Source: Heterodontus francisci
Taxonomy: Eukaryota
Assembly: GCF_036365525.1 (NCBI RefSeq)
Contig: NC_090372.1
Location: forward strand, 179,033,800-179,097,799
Reading direction: 5' to 3'
DNA: 64,000 nt
The translations under genes and the position numbers were made by a program. The first letter of the stretch is position 1. Every line of letters starts with the position of its first letter. Positions 37,720 to 49,560 of this stretch are shown piece after piece. The notes beneath the pieces were generated by a model. It was not told the origin of the DNA. It made no database searches and saw only the letters and a list, made by a program, of their open reading frames with translations.

Positions 37720-38290
37720 TAAAGGTGTTAATTTATCCCTACTTAACTGTATTCCCTGGGAATTTGTTCCAAATATCCACTGCTGTGTGGTGAATTTTTG
37801 GGAGGATCTTTAACCTTGTACAAGAATTATAAATCTTGTATTTCTGTTCTGGAGTCTTGTGTTTATTTACCAAGTTAACTAACTTTTTAAAATTCAAACC
37901 TTACCTTTGCCTTTCATTATTTTGAAGACCTGCATTATATTCCCTCTTAGCCTTATTTTCTCCCCTGAAAATTAGCCTAGCCACTTGAATCTTGCTTCAT
38001 AATTTAGTCATCTAGGCTTGAAATCATCCTGGTCACTCTTCTCTGAACACTTTCTAATGCACCTTTTTGAGGTAGGGTGACTAAAGCTGCCTGTCATGAT
38101 CCATAATTAGTCCCACCATTGATCTGAGCAATGTCAGTTTAATTTGTTCTGACTTGTACTCCAATGCTATCCAGTTGCACCCCAGTTTCCGATTTGCCTC
38201 AATGATAACTGCCTCACATTGACCAGACGCTTTCAAAGTATGATTAATAGTTCCTTCCAAATTCTTTTTGTGTTTAGCCACTACCAATGG
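37720..38290 (-). mobile_element. Old CR1 3' remnant
   Basis: Degenerate ANRKLG..EYKS..LTL and ALESVQRRVTRMI motifs. Confidence 0.6.
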
Positions 38291-38544
38291 AGACCTTACA
38301 TATTAACTCTCTTAAAGGGAGGCACTTGTTTGTGCCCCTGGGGCCTAGACTTGCCTAGCCTGCACATAGATTGCTTACTTAAAATAGAACCTTATACACA
38401 TGTTTATTGTTATCTGTTCCTATGTGTATTAACCTGCATTTCACCCCGCCCCCACAAATCTATCTGCCATATCCCAGTCCATATATATTGTTGGCCCTTA
38501 TTCTCAATCTCATCCTTGTTTCACATTCCTCTGTGATTTTGCCA

Positions 38545-39235
38545 CCCCCTATCTCTGTAATCTCCTAAAACTACAAACCTGGGAAACATCGCCACCATTG
38601 ATGCTCTAGTCACCAATAAAACCATTACTCTCTCTCATCCTGGCCCCCTGGTATGAGCCTCATCTCCACTGCCTTAAGTACAAGGGACACAGACTTGATG
38701 GGATATGGCAGACAACTGGTTTGACCATCCACCACAAGGTCTGGCTGGGCCACATAAAACACAATCGGTCCTGCTCTCATCTGCTAAAATTGCTCACTAT
38801 TCCAGGATCATCCTGGAATGCAAAGATAACCTCTGGCTTCTTCTCTCTACTGCAAACAATCTTCTTAAACCCCTCTCCCCTGTACCCTCCACCCTCACCT
38901 CCAACAATACGAGCAAGCAGCTCATGGACTTCTTTGTCATTAAGGTGGAGACCATCCGATCCCCTTGGCAACATCATCCAAAAACACAGTGTTAGTTTTC
39001 AGATGTAGGCTGACAACACCCAGCTCTACCTCACCACCACCTCTCTCGACTCTTCCACCATTGCTAAATTATAAACTGCTTATCCGACATTCAGTACTAG
39101 ATGAGCAGAAATTTCCTCCAATGAAATATTGGGAAGACTGAAGCTATTGTTTTTGGTCCTCTCTCCAAATTCGATTCCCGTGCTACCAACTCCATCCCTC
39201 TCCTTGACAACAATCTGAAATTAGGCCAGTCTGTA
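38545..39235 (+). mobile_element. L2-type LINE internal fragments
   Basis: LSSAKIAHYSRIILECKDN..LLSTANNLLKP joined to IIQKHSVSFQM*ADNTQLY. Confidence 0.75.
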
Positions 39236-41029
39236 TATCTTTTGTGCCATTTGACATCTCTGCCAGCCCTCTCACCTGCTTCTGCTGAGTCAAGTGCAGG
39301 GTACACTAAAAGCCATCCCCTCTAAAGGGAGCTTTTGTCAACAGTGAAACAGCAGGCTAATATAAATAGGAGCAAGTAACTGTAAACTTGCAATGGCAGT
39401 GACATTCCTATGTTTGTTTACTTTTAGCATTCTGACATATAGGAACCTCACTCAGCTGAAATGGCTGTTTTATGTGAATGGTAGGAGTGCAGTGCACATG
39501 CACAAGTGCCTTAATAAACAACTATACCAACAATAACTTCCACAAGCAGGCTAACACATGACTTATGTGCAGTAGTGCACTACACTCTCAGTGCCTCCAC
39601 TGAAAGTTTAGACCAGGTGGTAAGTGAACGTTACACCGCGCTCCCACATTGCTGGCCACTATTATGCATTTCTCACTGGCATAAAGGTTTATGCTGTTGG
39701 CAATTTCTAGATGCAGGCACTATAATCCTCAGTATGCTTTGTGACATCATTTGCGAAAACACCTCAATTTTCACATACCTAGAAAAGTGCTTTTTTTTTT
39801 CATTTCATGGGATGTGGGCATCACTGGCCAGGCCAGCGTGTATTGCCCATCCCTAATTGCCCATGAAAGGTGGTGGTGAGCTGCCTTCTTGAAACTCTGC
39901 AGTCCATGTGGGGTAGGTACACCCACAGTGCTACTAGGAAGGGAGTCCAGGATTTTGACCCAGTGACAGTAAAGGAACAGCAATTTAGTTCTAAGTCAGA
40001 ATGGTGTGTGACTTGGAGGGGAACTTGCAGTGGTGGTGTTCCCATGCATCAGCTGCCCTTGTTCTTCTAGTTGGTAGAGGTCGCAGGTTTGGAAGGTGCT
40101 GCCTGAGTGGCCTTGGTGCATGGCTGCAGCGCATCTTGTAGATGGTACACACTGCTGCCACTGTGCATCGGTGGTGGAGGGAGTGAATGTTTGTAGATGG
40201 GGTGCCAATCAAGTGGGCTGCTTTGTCCAGGATGGTGTCGAGTTTCTTGAGTTTTGTTGGAGCTGCATCCATCCAGGCAAGTGGACAGTATTTCATCACA
40301 CTCCTGACTTGTGCCTTCTGGATGGTGGACAGGCTTTGGGGAGTCAGGACGTGAGTTACTAGCCGCAGGATTCCTAGCCTCTGACCTGTTGTTGTATCAA
40401 TGGCATTTATATGGCTACTCCAGTTCAGTTTCAGGTCAATGGTAACCTCTAGGATGTTGATAGTGGGGGATTGAGCAATGGTAATGCCATTGAACGTCAA
40501 GCAGAGGTGGTTGGATTCACGCTTGGTTGAGATGGTCATTGCCTGGCACTTGTGTGGTGCAAATGTTACTTGCCACTTATCAGCCCAAGCCTGGATATTG
40601 TCCAGGTCTTGCTGCATTTCTACACGGACTGCTTCAGTATCTGAGGAGCCGTGAATGGTGCTGAACATTGTGCAGTCATCTTTTTGCAGCAGCGACAGGG
40701 AGAGCGAGGTGGCAGCTGGGTAAGTGAGTTTCAACTTATATAAACTTACCTTTTTGTTTTGGCAGTTTCTTTTTGCAGCGGCGACAGGGAGAGCGAGGTG
40801 GCAGCTGGGTAAGTAAGTCCTATATATCTGGGCAGCGGCTGAACCCGAGACACTACACCTGCAGTGTCTCCCACCTGCCCTCCTCCGCTAACCAAAAAAA
40901 AAGGACTCTGTGGTGTGTAGATAAGGTAAGGCTTTCTCTATTTCTTTTTTTTTCTCGTGTGATTGGTAAAAACTTTTCGTTCCTTTTTCATTTATCTAAG
41001 TTAAGACTAAGTTAAGCTGAAGATAAAAA

Positions 41030-41977
41030 ATGGCAGGAGATCTCAGACCCGTGTTATGCTCCTCTTGCTCAATGTGGGAGCTCAGGGACACAGCTGATGT
41101 CCCTGACTCCTTTACGTGCTGGAAGTGTGTCCAGCTGCAGCTCTTGTTAGACCTCATGACGGCTCTGGAGCTGCGGATGGACTCACTTTGGAGCATCCGC
41201 GATGCTGAGGAGGTCATGGATAGCACGTTTAGCGAATTGGTCACACCGCAGATTAGGATTGCTGAGGGAGAAAGGAAATGGGTGACCAAAAGGCAGAGAA
41301 AGAGCAGGAAGGCAGAGCAGGTGTCCCCTGCGGTCATCTCCCTCCACAACAGGTATACCGTTTTGAATACTGTTGGGGGAGATGGCTCACCAGGGGAAGG
41401 CAGCAGTAGCCAGGTTCATGGCACCGTGGCTGGCTCTGCTGTTCAGAAGGGCGGGAAAAAGAGTGGAAGGGCACTTGTCATAGGGGATTCGATTGTAAGG
41501 AGAGTAGATAGGCGGTTCTGTGGTCGAAAACGAGACTCCCGAATGGTATGTTGCCTCCCAGGTGCACGGGTCAGGGATGTCTCAGATCGGCTGCAGAACA
41601 TTCTGAAGTGGGAGGGTGAACAGCCAGTTGTCGTTGTGCACATAGGCACCAATGATATAGGTAAAAACTGGGATGAGGTCCGACAAGCAGAATTTAGGGA
41701 GTTAGGAGCCAAGTTAAAAAGTTGGACCTCAGAGGTAGTAATCTCAGGATTGCTACCAGTGCCACGTGCTAGTCAGAGTAGAAATGAAAGAATAGTCAGG
41801 ATGAATGCGTGGCTTGAGAGATGGTGCAGGAGGGAGGGGTTCAGATTTTTGGGACATTGGGACCGGTTCTGGGGGAGGTGGGACTATTACAAATTGGACG
41901 GTCTACACCTGGGCCGGACTGGAACCAATGTCCTTGGGGGTGCTTTTGCTAACGCTGTTGGGGAGGGTTTAAACTAA
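41030..41977 (+). CDS. CR1 ORF1 protein (Zn-finger/leucine zipper plus SGNH esterase), 315 aa
   Basis: CSSC...CWKC followed by heptad leucines; LVIGDSIVR, VHIGTNDIG and DGLHL esterase blocks. Confidence 0.95.
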   Translation: MAGDLRPVLCSSCSMWELRDTADVPDSFTCWKCVQLQLLLDLMTALELRMDSLWSIRDAEEVMDSTFSELVTPQIRIAEGERKWVTKRQRKSRKAEQVSPAVISLHNRYTVLNTVGGDGSPGEGSSSQVHGTVAGSAVQKGGKKSGRALVIGDSIVRRVDRRFCGRKRDSRMVCCLPGARVRDVSDRLQNILKWEGEQPVVVVHIGTNDIGKNWDEVRQAEFRELGAKLKSWTSEVVISGLLPVPRASQSRNERIVRMNAWLERWCRREGFRFLGHWDRFWGRWDYYKLDGLHLGRTGTNVLGGAFANAVGEGLN

Positions 41978-44934
41978 TGTGGCAGGGGGATGGGAACCAA
42001 ATGAGGAGATCAGTGGACAGTAAGGAGGTAGTAACTAAAGCCTGTAAGGAACAAGATAATGAAGTCAGCGTGACTAAGGGAAAGAGTAGGCAGGGAGCAG
42101 ATGATGAACGCAAAGGGACTGGTGGTCTGAGGTGCATTTGTTTTAATGCAAGAAGTGTAGTAGGTAAGGCAGATGAACTTAGGGCTTGGATTAGTACCTG
42201 GGAGTATGATGTTATTGCTATTACTGAGACTTGGTTAAGGGAAGGGCACGATTGGCAACTAAATATCCCAGGATATCGATGCTTCAGGCGGGATAGAGAG
42301 GGAGGTAAAATGGGTGGAGGAGTTGCATTACTGGTCAAAGAGGATATCACAGCTGTGCTGAAGGAGGGCACTATGGAGGACTCGAGCAGTGAGGCAATAT
42401 GGGCAGAACTCAGAAATAGGAAGGGTGCGGTAACAATGTTGGGGCTGTACTACAGTCCTCCCAACAGCAAGCGTGAGATAGAGGTACAAATATGTAAACA
42501 GATTATGGAAAGATGTAGGAGCAACAGGGTGGTGGTGATAGGAGATTTTAATTTTCCCAACATTGACTGGGATTCACTTAGTGTTAGAGGTCTAGATGGA
42601 GCAGAATTTGTAAGGAGCATCCAGGAGGGTTTTCTAGAGCAGTATGTAAGTAGTCCAACTCGGGAAGGGGCCATACTGGACCTGGTGTTGGGGAATGAGC
42701 CCAGCCAGGTGGTTAAAGTTTCAGTAGGGGACTACTTTGGGAATAGTGATCACAATTCCGTAAGTTTTAGAATACTCATGGACAAAGACGAGAGTGGTCC
42801 TAAAGGAAGAGTGCTAAATTGGGGGAAGGCCAACTATACCAAAATTCAGCAGCAGCTGGGGAATGTAGATTGGGAGCAGCTGTTTGAAGATAAATCCACA
42901 TTTGATATGTGGGAGTCTTTTAAAGAGAGGTTGATTAGCGTGCAGGAGAGACATGTTCCTGTGAAAATGAGGGATAGAAATGGCAAGATTAGGGAACCAT
43001 GGATGACAGGTGAAATTGTGAAACTAGCTAAGAGGAAAAAGGAAGCATACATAAGGTCTAGGCGGCTGAAGAAAGACGAAGCTTTGGAAGAATATCGGGA
43101 ATGTAGGACCAATCTGAAACGAGGAATTAAGAGGGCTAAAAGGGGTCATGAAATATCTTTAGCAAACAGGGTTAAGAAAAATCCCAAAGCCTTTTATTCA
43201 TATATAAGGAGCAAGAGGGTAACTGGAGAAAGGATTGGCCCACTCAAGGACAAAGGAGGAAATTTATGCGTGGAGTCAGAGAAAATGGGTGAGATTCTAA
43301 ACGAGTACTTTGCATCGGTATTCACCGAGGAGAGGGACATGACGGATGTTGAGGTTAGGGATAGATGTTTGATTACTCTAGGTCAAGTCGGCATGAGGAA
43401 GGAGGAAGTGTTGGGTATTCTAAAAGGCATTAAGGTGGACAAGTCCCCAGGTCCGGATGGGATCTATCCCAGGTTACTGAGGGAAGCGAGAGAGGAAATA
43501 GCTGGGGCCTTAACAGATATCTTTGCAGCATCCTTAAACACGGGTGAGGTCCCGGAGGACGGGAGAATTGCTAATGTTGTCCCCTTGTTTAAGAAGGGTA
43601 GCAGGGAAAATCCAGGTAATTATAGACCGGTGAGCCTGACGTCAGTGGTAGGGAAGCTGCTGGAGAAGATACTGAGGGATAGGATCTATTCCCATTTGGA
43701 AGAAAATGGGCTTATCAGTGATAGGCAACATGGTTTTGTGCAGGGAAGGTCATGTCTTACCAACTTAATAGAATTCTTTGAGGAAGTGACAAAGTTGATT
43801 GATGAGGGAAGGGCTGTAGATGTCATATACATGGACTTCAGTAAGGCGTTTGATAAGGTTCCCCATGGTAGGTTGATGGAGAAAGTGAAGTCGCATGGGA
43901 TCCAGGGTATACTAGCTAGATGGATAAAGAACTGGCTGGGCAATAGGAGACAGAGAGTAGCAGTGGAAGGGAGTTTCTCAAAATGGAGACGTGTGACCAG
44001 TGGTGTCCCACAGGGATCCGTGCTGGGACCACTGTTGTTTGTGATATACATAAATGATTTGGAGGAAAGTATAGGTGGTCTGATTAGCAAGTTTGCAGAT
44101 GACACTAAGATTGGTGGAGTAGCAGATAGTGAAGGGGACTGTCAGAGAATACAGCAGAATATAGATAGATTGGAGAGTTGGGCAGAGAAATGGCAGATGG
44201 AGTTCAATCAGGGCAAATGCGAGGTGATGCATTTTGGAAGATCCAATTCAAGAGTGAACTATACAGTAAATGGAAAAGTCCTGGGGAAAATTGATGTACA
44301 GAGAGATTTGGGTGTTCAGGTCCATTGTTCCCTGAAGGTGGCAACACAGGCCAATAGAGTGGTCAAGAAGGCATACGGCATGCTTTCCTTCATCAGACGG
44401 GGTATTGAGTGCAAGAGTTGGCAGGTCATGTTACAGTTGTATAAGACTTTGGTTCGGCCACATTTGGAATACTGCATGCAGTTCTGGTCGCCACATTACC
44501 AAAAGGACGTAGATGCTTTGGAGAGGGTGCAGAGGAGGTTCACCAGGATGTTGCCTGGTATGGAGGGTGCTAGCTATGAAGAGAGGTTGAGTAGATTAGG
44601 ATTATTTTCATTAGAAAGACGGAGGTTGAGGGGGGACCTGATTGAGGTGTACAAAATCATGAGAGGAAGAGACAGGGTGGATAGCAAGAAGCTTTTTCCC
44701 AGAGTGGGGGATTCAATTACTAGGGGTCACGAGTTCAAAGTGAGAGGGCAAAAGTTTAGGGGGGATATGCGTGGAAAGTTCTTTACGCAGAGGGTGGTGG
44801 GTGCCTGGAACGCGTTGCCAGCGGAGGTGGTAGATGCGGGCACGATAGCGTCTTTTAGGATGTATCTAGACAGATACATGAATGGGCAGGAAGCAAAGAG
44901 ATACAGACCCTTAGAAAACAGGCGACAGGTTTAG
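41977..44934 (+). CDS. CR1 ORF2 protein (AP endonuclease plus reverse transcriptase), 985 aa
   Basis: FNARS, IAITETWL, GDFN, LDLVL, SDH (APE); NYRPVSLTS, DFSKAFD, GVPQGSVLGP, FADD (RT); no stops. Confidence 0.97.
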   Translation: MWQGDGNQMRRSVDSKEVVTKACKEQDNEVSVTKGKSRQGADDERKGTGGLRCICFNARSVVGKADELRAWISTWEYDVIAITETWLREGHDWQLNIPGYRCFRRDREGGKMGGGVALLVKEDITAVLKEGTMEDSSSEAIWAELRNRKGAVTMLGLYYSPPNSKREIEVQICKQIMERCRSNRVVVIGDFNFPNIDWDSLSVRGLDGAEFVRSIQEGFLEQYVSSPTREGAILDLVLGNEPSQVVKVSVGDYFGNSDHNSVSFRILMDKDESGPKGRVLNWGKANYTKIQQQLGNVDWEQLFEDKSTFDMWESFKERLISVQERHVPVKMRDRNGKIREPWMTGEIVKLAKRKKEAYIRSRRLKKDEALEEYRECRTNLKRGIKRAKRGHEISLANRVKKNPKAFYSYIRSKRVTGERIGPLKDKGGNLCVESEKMGEILNEYFASVFTEERDMTDVEVRDRCLITLGQVGMRKEEVLGILKGIKVDKSPGPDGIYPRLLREAREEIAGALTDIFAASLNTGEVPEDGRIANVVPLFKKGSRENPGNYRPVSLTSVVGKLLEKILRDRIYSHLEENGLISDRQHGFVQGRSCLTNLIEFFEEVTKLIDEGRAVDVIYMDFSKAFDKVPHGRLMEKVKSHGIQGILARWIKNWLGNRRQRVAVEGSFSKWRRVTSGVPQGSVLGPLLFVIYINDLEESIGGLISKFADDTKIGGVADSEGDCQRIQQNIDRLESWAEKWQMEFNQGKCEVMHFGRSNSRVNYTVNGKVLGKIDVQRDLGVQVHCSLKVATQANRVVKKAYGMLSFIRRGIECKSWQVMLQLYKTLVRPHLEYCMQFWSPHYQKDVDALERVQRRFTRMLPGMEGASYEERLSRLGLFSLERRRLRGDLIEVYKIMRGRDRVDSKKLFPRVGDSITRGHEFKVRGQKFRGDMRGKFFTQRVVGAWNALPAEVVDAGTIASFRMYLDRYMNGQEAKRYRPLENRRQV

Positions 44935-45182
44935 ATAGAGGATCTGGATCGGCGCAGGCTTGGAGGGCCAAAGGGCCTGTTCCTGTGCTGTAATTTTCTT
45001 TGTTCTTTGTTCTTGGTTCTTTGAACATCCCCACTTCTGAGCTTATGATTGAAGGAAGGTCATTGATGAAGCAGCTGAAGCTGGTTGGGCCTTGGACACT
45101 ACCCTGAGGAACTCCTGCAGTGATGTCCTGGAGCTGAGATGATTGACCTCCAACAACCACAACCATCTTCCTTTGTGCTAGG

Positions 45183-45960
45183 TATAGAGTCATAGAGTTA
45201 TACAGCACAGAAACAGGCCCTTTGGCCCATCAGGTCTGTGCCAGCCATCAAGCACCAATCTATTCTAATCCCATTTTCCAGCACTTGGCCTGTAGCCTTG
45301 TATGCTATGGCATTTTAAGTTCTCATCTAAATACTTCTTAAATGTTGTGAGTGTTCCTGCCTCTACCACCCCTTCAGGCAGTGTGTTCCAGATTCCAATC
45401 ACCCTCTGGGTGAAAATATGTTTCCTCAAATCTCCTTTAAACCTCCTGCCCCTTACCCTATCTATGCCCCTCATAATTTTATATACTTCAATCAGGTCCC
45501 CCCTCAGCCTTCTCTGCTCTAAGGAAAACAACCCTAGCCTATCCAGTCTTTCTTCATAGCTGAAAAGCTCCAGCCCAGGCAACATCCTGGTGAATCTCCT
45601 CTGCACCCTCTCCAGTGCAATCACATCCTTCCTATAGTGTGGTGACCAGAACTGTACACAGTACTCCAGCTGTGGCCTAACTAGCATTTTATACAGCTAC
45701 AGCATAACCTCCCTGCTCTGATATTCTATGCCTTGGCTAATAAAGGCAAATATCCCATATGCCTTCCTAACTGCATTACCTACCTCTGCTGTTGCCTTCA
45801 GTGATCTATGGACAAGTACACCAAGGTCCCTCTGACCCTTTGTACTTCCTATGGTCCTAACATCCATTGTATATTCCCTTGCCTTGATAGTCCTCCCAAA
45901 ATGCATCACCTCACACTTCTGAGGATTATATTCCATTTGACGCTGCTCCGCCCATCTTAC
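45183..45960 (-). mobile_element. CR1 3' fragment
   Basis: LVRPQLEYCVQFWSPHYRKD; (ACTCTATG)n tail. Confidence 0.9.
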
Positions 45961-46037
45961 CATATAAAAAGTTGATTGACTTTTTGAGAAATGCGACTTC
46001 ACTTACTGTTAAAATGACCTTCGTGGGCATCTTACTT

Positions 46038-46038
<1 letters not shown>

Positions 46039-46072
<34 letters not shown>
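46039..46072. repeat. (GT)17 microsatellite
   Basis: Perfect dinucleotide run. Confidence 0.95.
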
Positions 46073-46074
<2 letters not shown>

Positions 46075-47496
46075 CCAACCAGTGGAGAGCTTTCCCCCTG
46101 ATTCCCATTGACTCCAGTTCTGCTTGATGCCATACTCAGTCAAATACTGCCTTGATATCAAGGGCAGTCACTCTCACCTCACCTCTTGAGTTCAGCTCTT
46201 TGTCCATGTTTGAACCAAGGCTGTAATGAGGTCAGGAGCTGAGTAGCCCTGGCGGAACCCAAATTGAGCATCGCTGAGCAGTTTATTGCTAAGCAAGTGC
46301 CGCTTGATAGCACTGACAATGACACCTTCCTTCACTTTACTGATGATCGAGAGTAGACTGTCAAGGCGGTAATTGGCCGGGTCAGATTTGTCCTGCTTTT
46401 TCTGTACAGGACATACCTGGAAATGGTTAAATGTTTTTAACTGGTTTGTTCACTGGTATGCCCTATATTCTAACTGATTCACTTACTTTATATAAATAGC
46501 ACCAAACTACTGGATGGAGTAGCAGCTTGCCTTTAATGTGAGTGCTAGTGAGTTACACCACCCACTTAAATGTAAGTTCAAAGCCTTGAGAATTCTACAG
46601 CCTGGCATCTGCACAGAGTCCAGACACACAAAGCAAGCCAAAAAAACGGTGCGGAATCCAGAAAATGAGAGGGTATTTAGCTAGTAATTCCTACTACTGC
46701 AGCCATTTACTTCTGGAACTCATCTCAATCATTCATTTGTGGCAAGCATATTATCATTTCGAGGGGCCATGTCATAGTTTATTTCAAGAACATATATTCT
46801 GAGTGTTGTATTTGGCAACTTGACAGGATACAAGCTTACTAGTTATAAAACCTGGTCGTCTGATTAAAAAAATCTTATTTTCAGTGCCCTGCTTAAATTA
46901 CTCCGAGAAAAGTTAGTTTAAAAGCCTGGTTATATCAATTAAGAAACATTAAAAGGGACTTTTGTTGATTTGGTTTTAAAAAAAAGGTAATGGAATGAAA
47001 GGAGAACCAGCTGTTGCAGGAACCACTCCAGTAAGATCCATCTTTTCCATCTTTTCCAGAAAGTGCAAAACCATAATTGTAAGGCGAAAGAGTTAGCCAG
47101 TTTTCAGGGCGGGAGGGGGTGGGGTAATATGATGCAGGATATAATGTTTGTTATTGTAGTAATATTATTAGCTGAGGGAAGATTTATGTACATCATAAAA
47201 AGTATCATAGACATAATAAATGCGACATCCTTGCCTATTTTCTCAGAAAGTTTTCAGACCATATGTTCGCTTCAGTTCAATTCATTGTTGGATAAGTAGA
47301 GTACTCCAATAAAAAGTCCCTGTTCTTCTGTATCAATCTGTTTCAGTTTACATGGGAGGTGTACATTAAACTCAATGGGGAACTCTTGATAGTCATAAAT
47401 GAGTTAAAAAGGTCCCTTCATAAATAGTCTGTTGTTTCCTCAATATTTGTTCAATATAGACTATTAGTTAAATAAAAATAATGGAGGTGGGGGAAG

Positions 47497-47850
47497 GGGT
47501 CTCTGCTGATGGTTCAGTGAATAAATGGATTACCCAATTTAGTAGGGAGCTATACAGAGCTGAGATCAGGTTCAATCACTGGTTGCTCTGCTGCATCAGT
47601 GGATCTCAGCCAGGGCAGCAAAGGAGCTTTCAGTGTCCTGGAATAGAAAGGGGAAAATATCAGGTTCGCACTCCTGATGGCTAGCTGGTGATTCTTGATA
47701 GGAAACACAAGTGTGTGGACTGCAGGATCAGGCTCACCTGTGATGCCTCCCATTGTTGAATAGCTTTCAGGATCACATATATAGAAAGCCACCTGGCCAA
47801 GGTATTGGATCTATATGACCATCTCCCACCATGAATCAGTGCATTCAAGA
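47497..47850 (+). mobile_element. Old SINE-like repeat, family unassigned
   Basis: tRNA-like head (TGGTTCAGTG...GGTTCAATC); related degenerate pieces at about 63240-63490 (+) and 14670-14890 (-). Confidence 0.45.
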
Positions 47851-48204
47851 GAGACAAAGAGATAGAAAAAGATTACTCTCTTCACCAACACACAGTTGCT
47901 TGAGGTGGCACTAACCTTTCTTACTATTGCCAACAGTATCTAAAGACAATAGGGTAGAAATGTGACTTGGGCAGTAGTGGAAAACAGACAATGTCGCTTT
48001 GGCTGGTTATTATACATTCCATCAGATATCCTGCTCCATTGAAGTGAATAAAACTGAATATTAGGTGGGTTGTGTAATTGGCACCTGTAATTACCCAGTA
48101 ATTATAACCGTGTAGCGAGCACTGCTCACAGTCCCTGCAGTCTCCTGCTGTCTCTCACATCCTAGGATTCAATTCTCATTTCATCCAGCTCAGCAGGTTC
48201 ACAA

Positions 48205-48582
48205 AATCACAGAATCACAGAATAATACAGTGCAGAAGAGGCCCTTCGGCCCATCGTGTCTGCACCGATGCATTAAAGACACCTGACCTGTCTACCTAAT
48301 CCCATTTGCCAGCACTTGGCCCATAGCCTTGAATGTTATGACGTGCCAAGTGCCCATCCAAGTACGTTTTAAAGGATGTGAGGCAACCCGCCTCTACCAC
48401 CCTCCCAGGCAGTGCATTCCAGACCGTCACCACCCTCTGGGTAAAAAAGTTCTTCCTCAAATCCCCCTTAAACCTCCTGCCCCTCACCTTAAACTTGTGT
48501 CCCCTCGTAACTGACCCTTCAACTAAAGGGAACAGCTGCTCCCTATCCACCCTGTCCATGCCCCTCATAATCTTGTACACCT
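48205..48582 (-). mobile_element. CR1 3' end
   Basis: YKIMRGMDRVD..NFFTQRVVTVWNALP; classic (ATTCTGTG)n tail. Confidence 0.9.
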
Positions 48583-48782
48583 TAGGTTGACTAAAGCCCA
48601 GGGTCCTCTAGTTCCAATCAACTGGGCAACCACTATTCCTTCAAAAGAGGAGATTTCTTTTTAAAAAAGATTTCTTAAAAAAAATTATCTTTCCTTAGAA
48701 AGTGAATTTTCTTCATCTAAATTATCAGATCTATACTCCCATTTCTGTTCATTTAATGTGATAATCTTGGTTTATGACTATC

Positions 48783-49295
48783 ACAACAACTTGATTTATA
48801 CAGCATCTTAAACATAGAAAGACATCCCAAAGTGTTTCATGGAGATGTGATCAAAAATGGATGCTCAGCAAATGAAGGAGTTGTTAGGAGGGGTGACTAA
48901 AACCTTGATCAAACAGCTTGGCTTTCAGGGAGCCTTAAAGGAGGATAAGGAGATGAAGAGGCGAATGGGTTTATGAAGGGAATGCTAGAAAGTGGGGCCG
49001 AGACAGCTGAAATCACAACTGCCAGTGATGGAATCAAGGGAGGGGAGATGCACAAGAGACCAAAGCCAGAGGAACGGAAAGTTCTAACTTGGAAATATAT
49101 CACCGTTCCTTCACTATCATGGGATCAAAATCCTGGAATTCCCTCCCTAACAGCACTGTGGGTGCACCTGCACCAGATGGACCACAGCGGTTCAAGAAGG
49201 CAGCTCACTACCACCTTCTCAAGGGCAATTAGAGATGGGAAGCAATTGCTGGCCTAGCTAGCGATGCCCAAATCCCATGAAACAAATATTTTAAA
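48783..49295. mobile_element. L2 3' end (-, to about 49075) abutting a WH-type LINE 3' end (+)
   Basis: Matches the L2 3' UTR at 2293 and the LINE 3' UTR at 6850-7020. Confidence 0.7.
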
Positions 49296-49560
49296 AATCT
49301 CCTAAGGGAACTAAAGTCTGAATAGGTGCTCAAAGATAGCCCATCTGGAACAAAAGGATCCCGGATGCCTCCTCCCAAGGCCGCCTCTGGATGTCTAGTG
49401 GCAATGGCTGTGGCTTCATAGGAGCAATGTTGTGGAGGACACAGCAGACCACGACGAACTTGGAGACACGTTCTGCAAAATATTGTGGGGCTCCCCCCGA
49501 GCGGTTCAGGCAGCAGCATCATTGCTGAAGAACGCCGATGGTCTGCTCCACAATGTTTGT

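Larger units (their letters stand above)
40681..45023 (+). mobile_element. Full-length CR1 LINE subfamily a
   Basis: About 350-bp 5' UTR, two open ORFs, 3' UTR and (TTCTTTG)n tail; splits the host LINE motif TCATC(AGC)GAACATCC with about 3 bp lost and no TSD. Confidence 0.97.
39790..46420 (-). mobile_element. WH-type LINE interrupted by two CR1 insertions and a microsatellite
   Basis: Collinear pieces at 39790-40680, 45023-45183 and about 46073-46420, matching 4075-5297 and 19200-19990. Confidence 0.9.

Noticed and set aside
39240-39480. Cluster of TGAGTCA, TGTTTGTTTAC and TATAAATA motifs as a promoter
   Set aside because: Short motifs are expected by chance; no downstream gene or other support
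40681-40820. Repeat-spacer-repeat as a CRISPR-like array
   Set aside because: Only two units, part of a LINE 5' UTR, eukaryotic context and no cas genes
41977-44934. Multiple RT ORFs as a retron, DGR or other prokaryotic RT system
   Set aside because: APE-RT architecture, esterase ORF1 and short tandem tails are those of ordinary vertebrate CR1 LINEs
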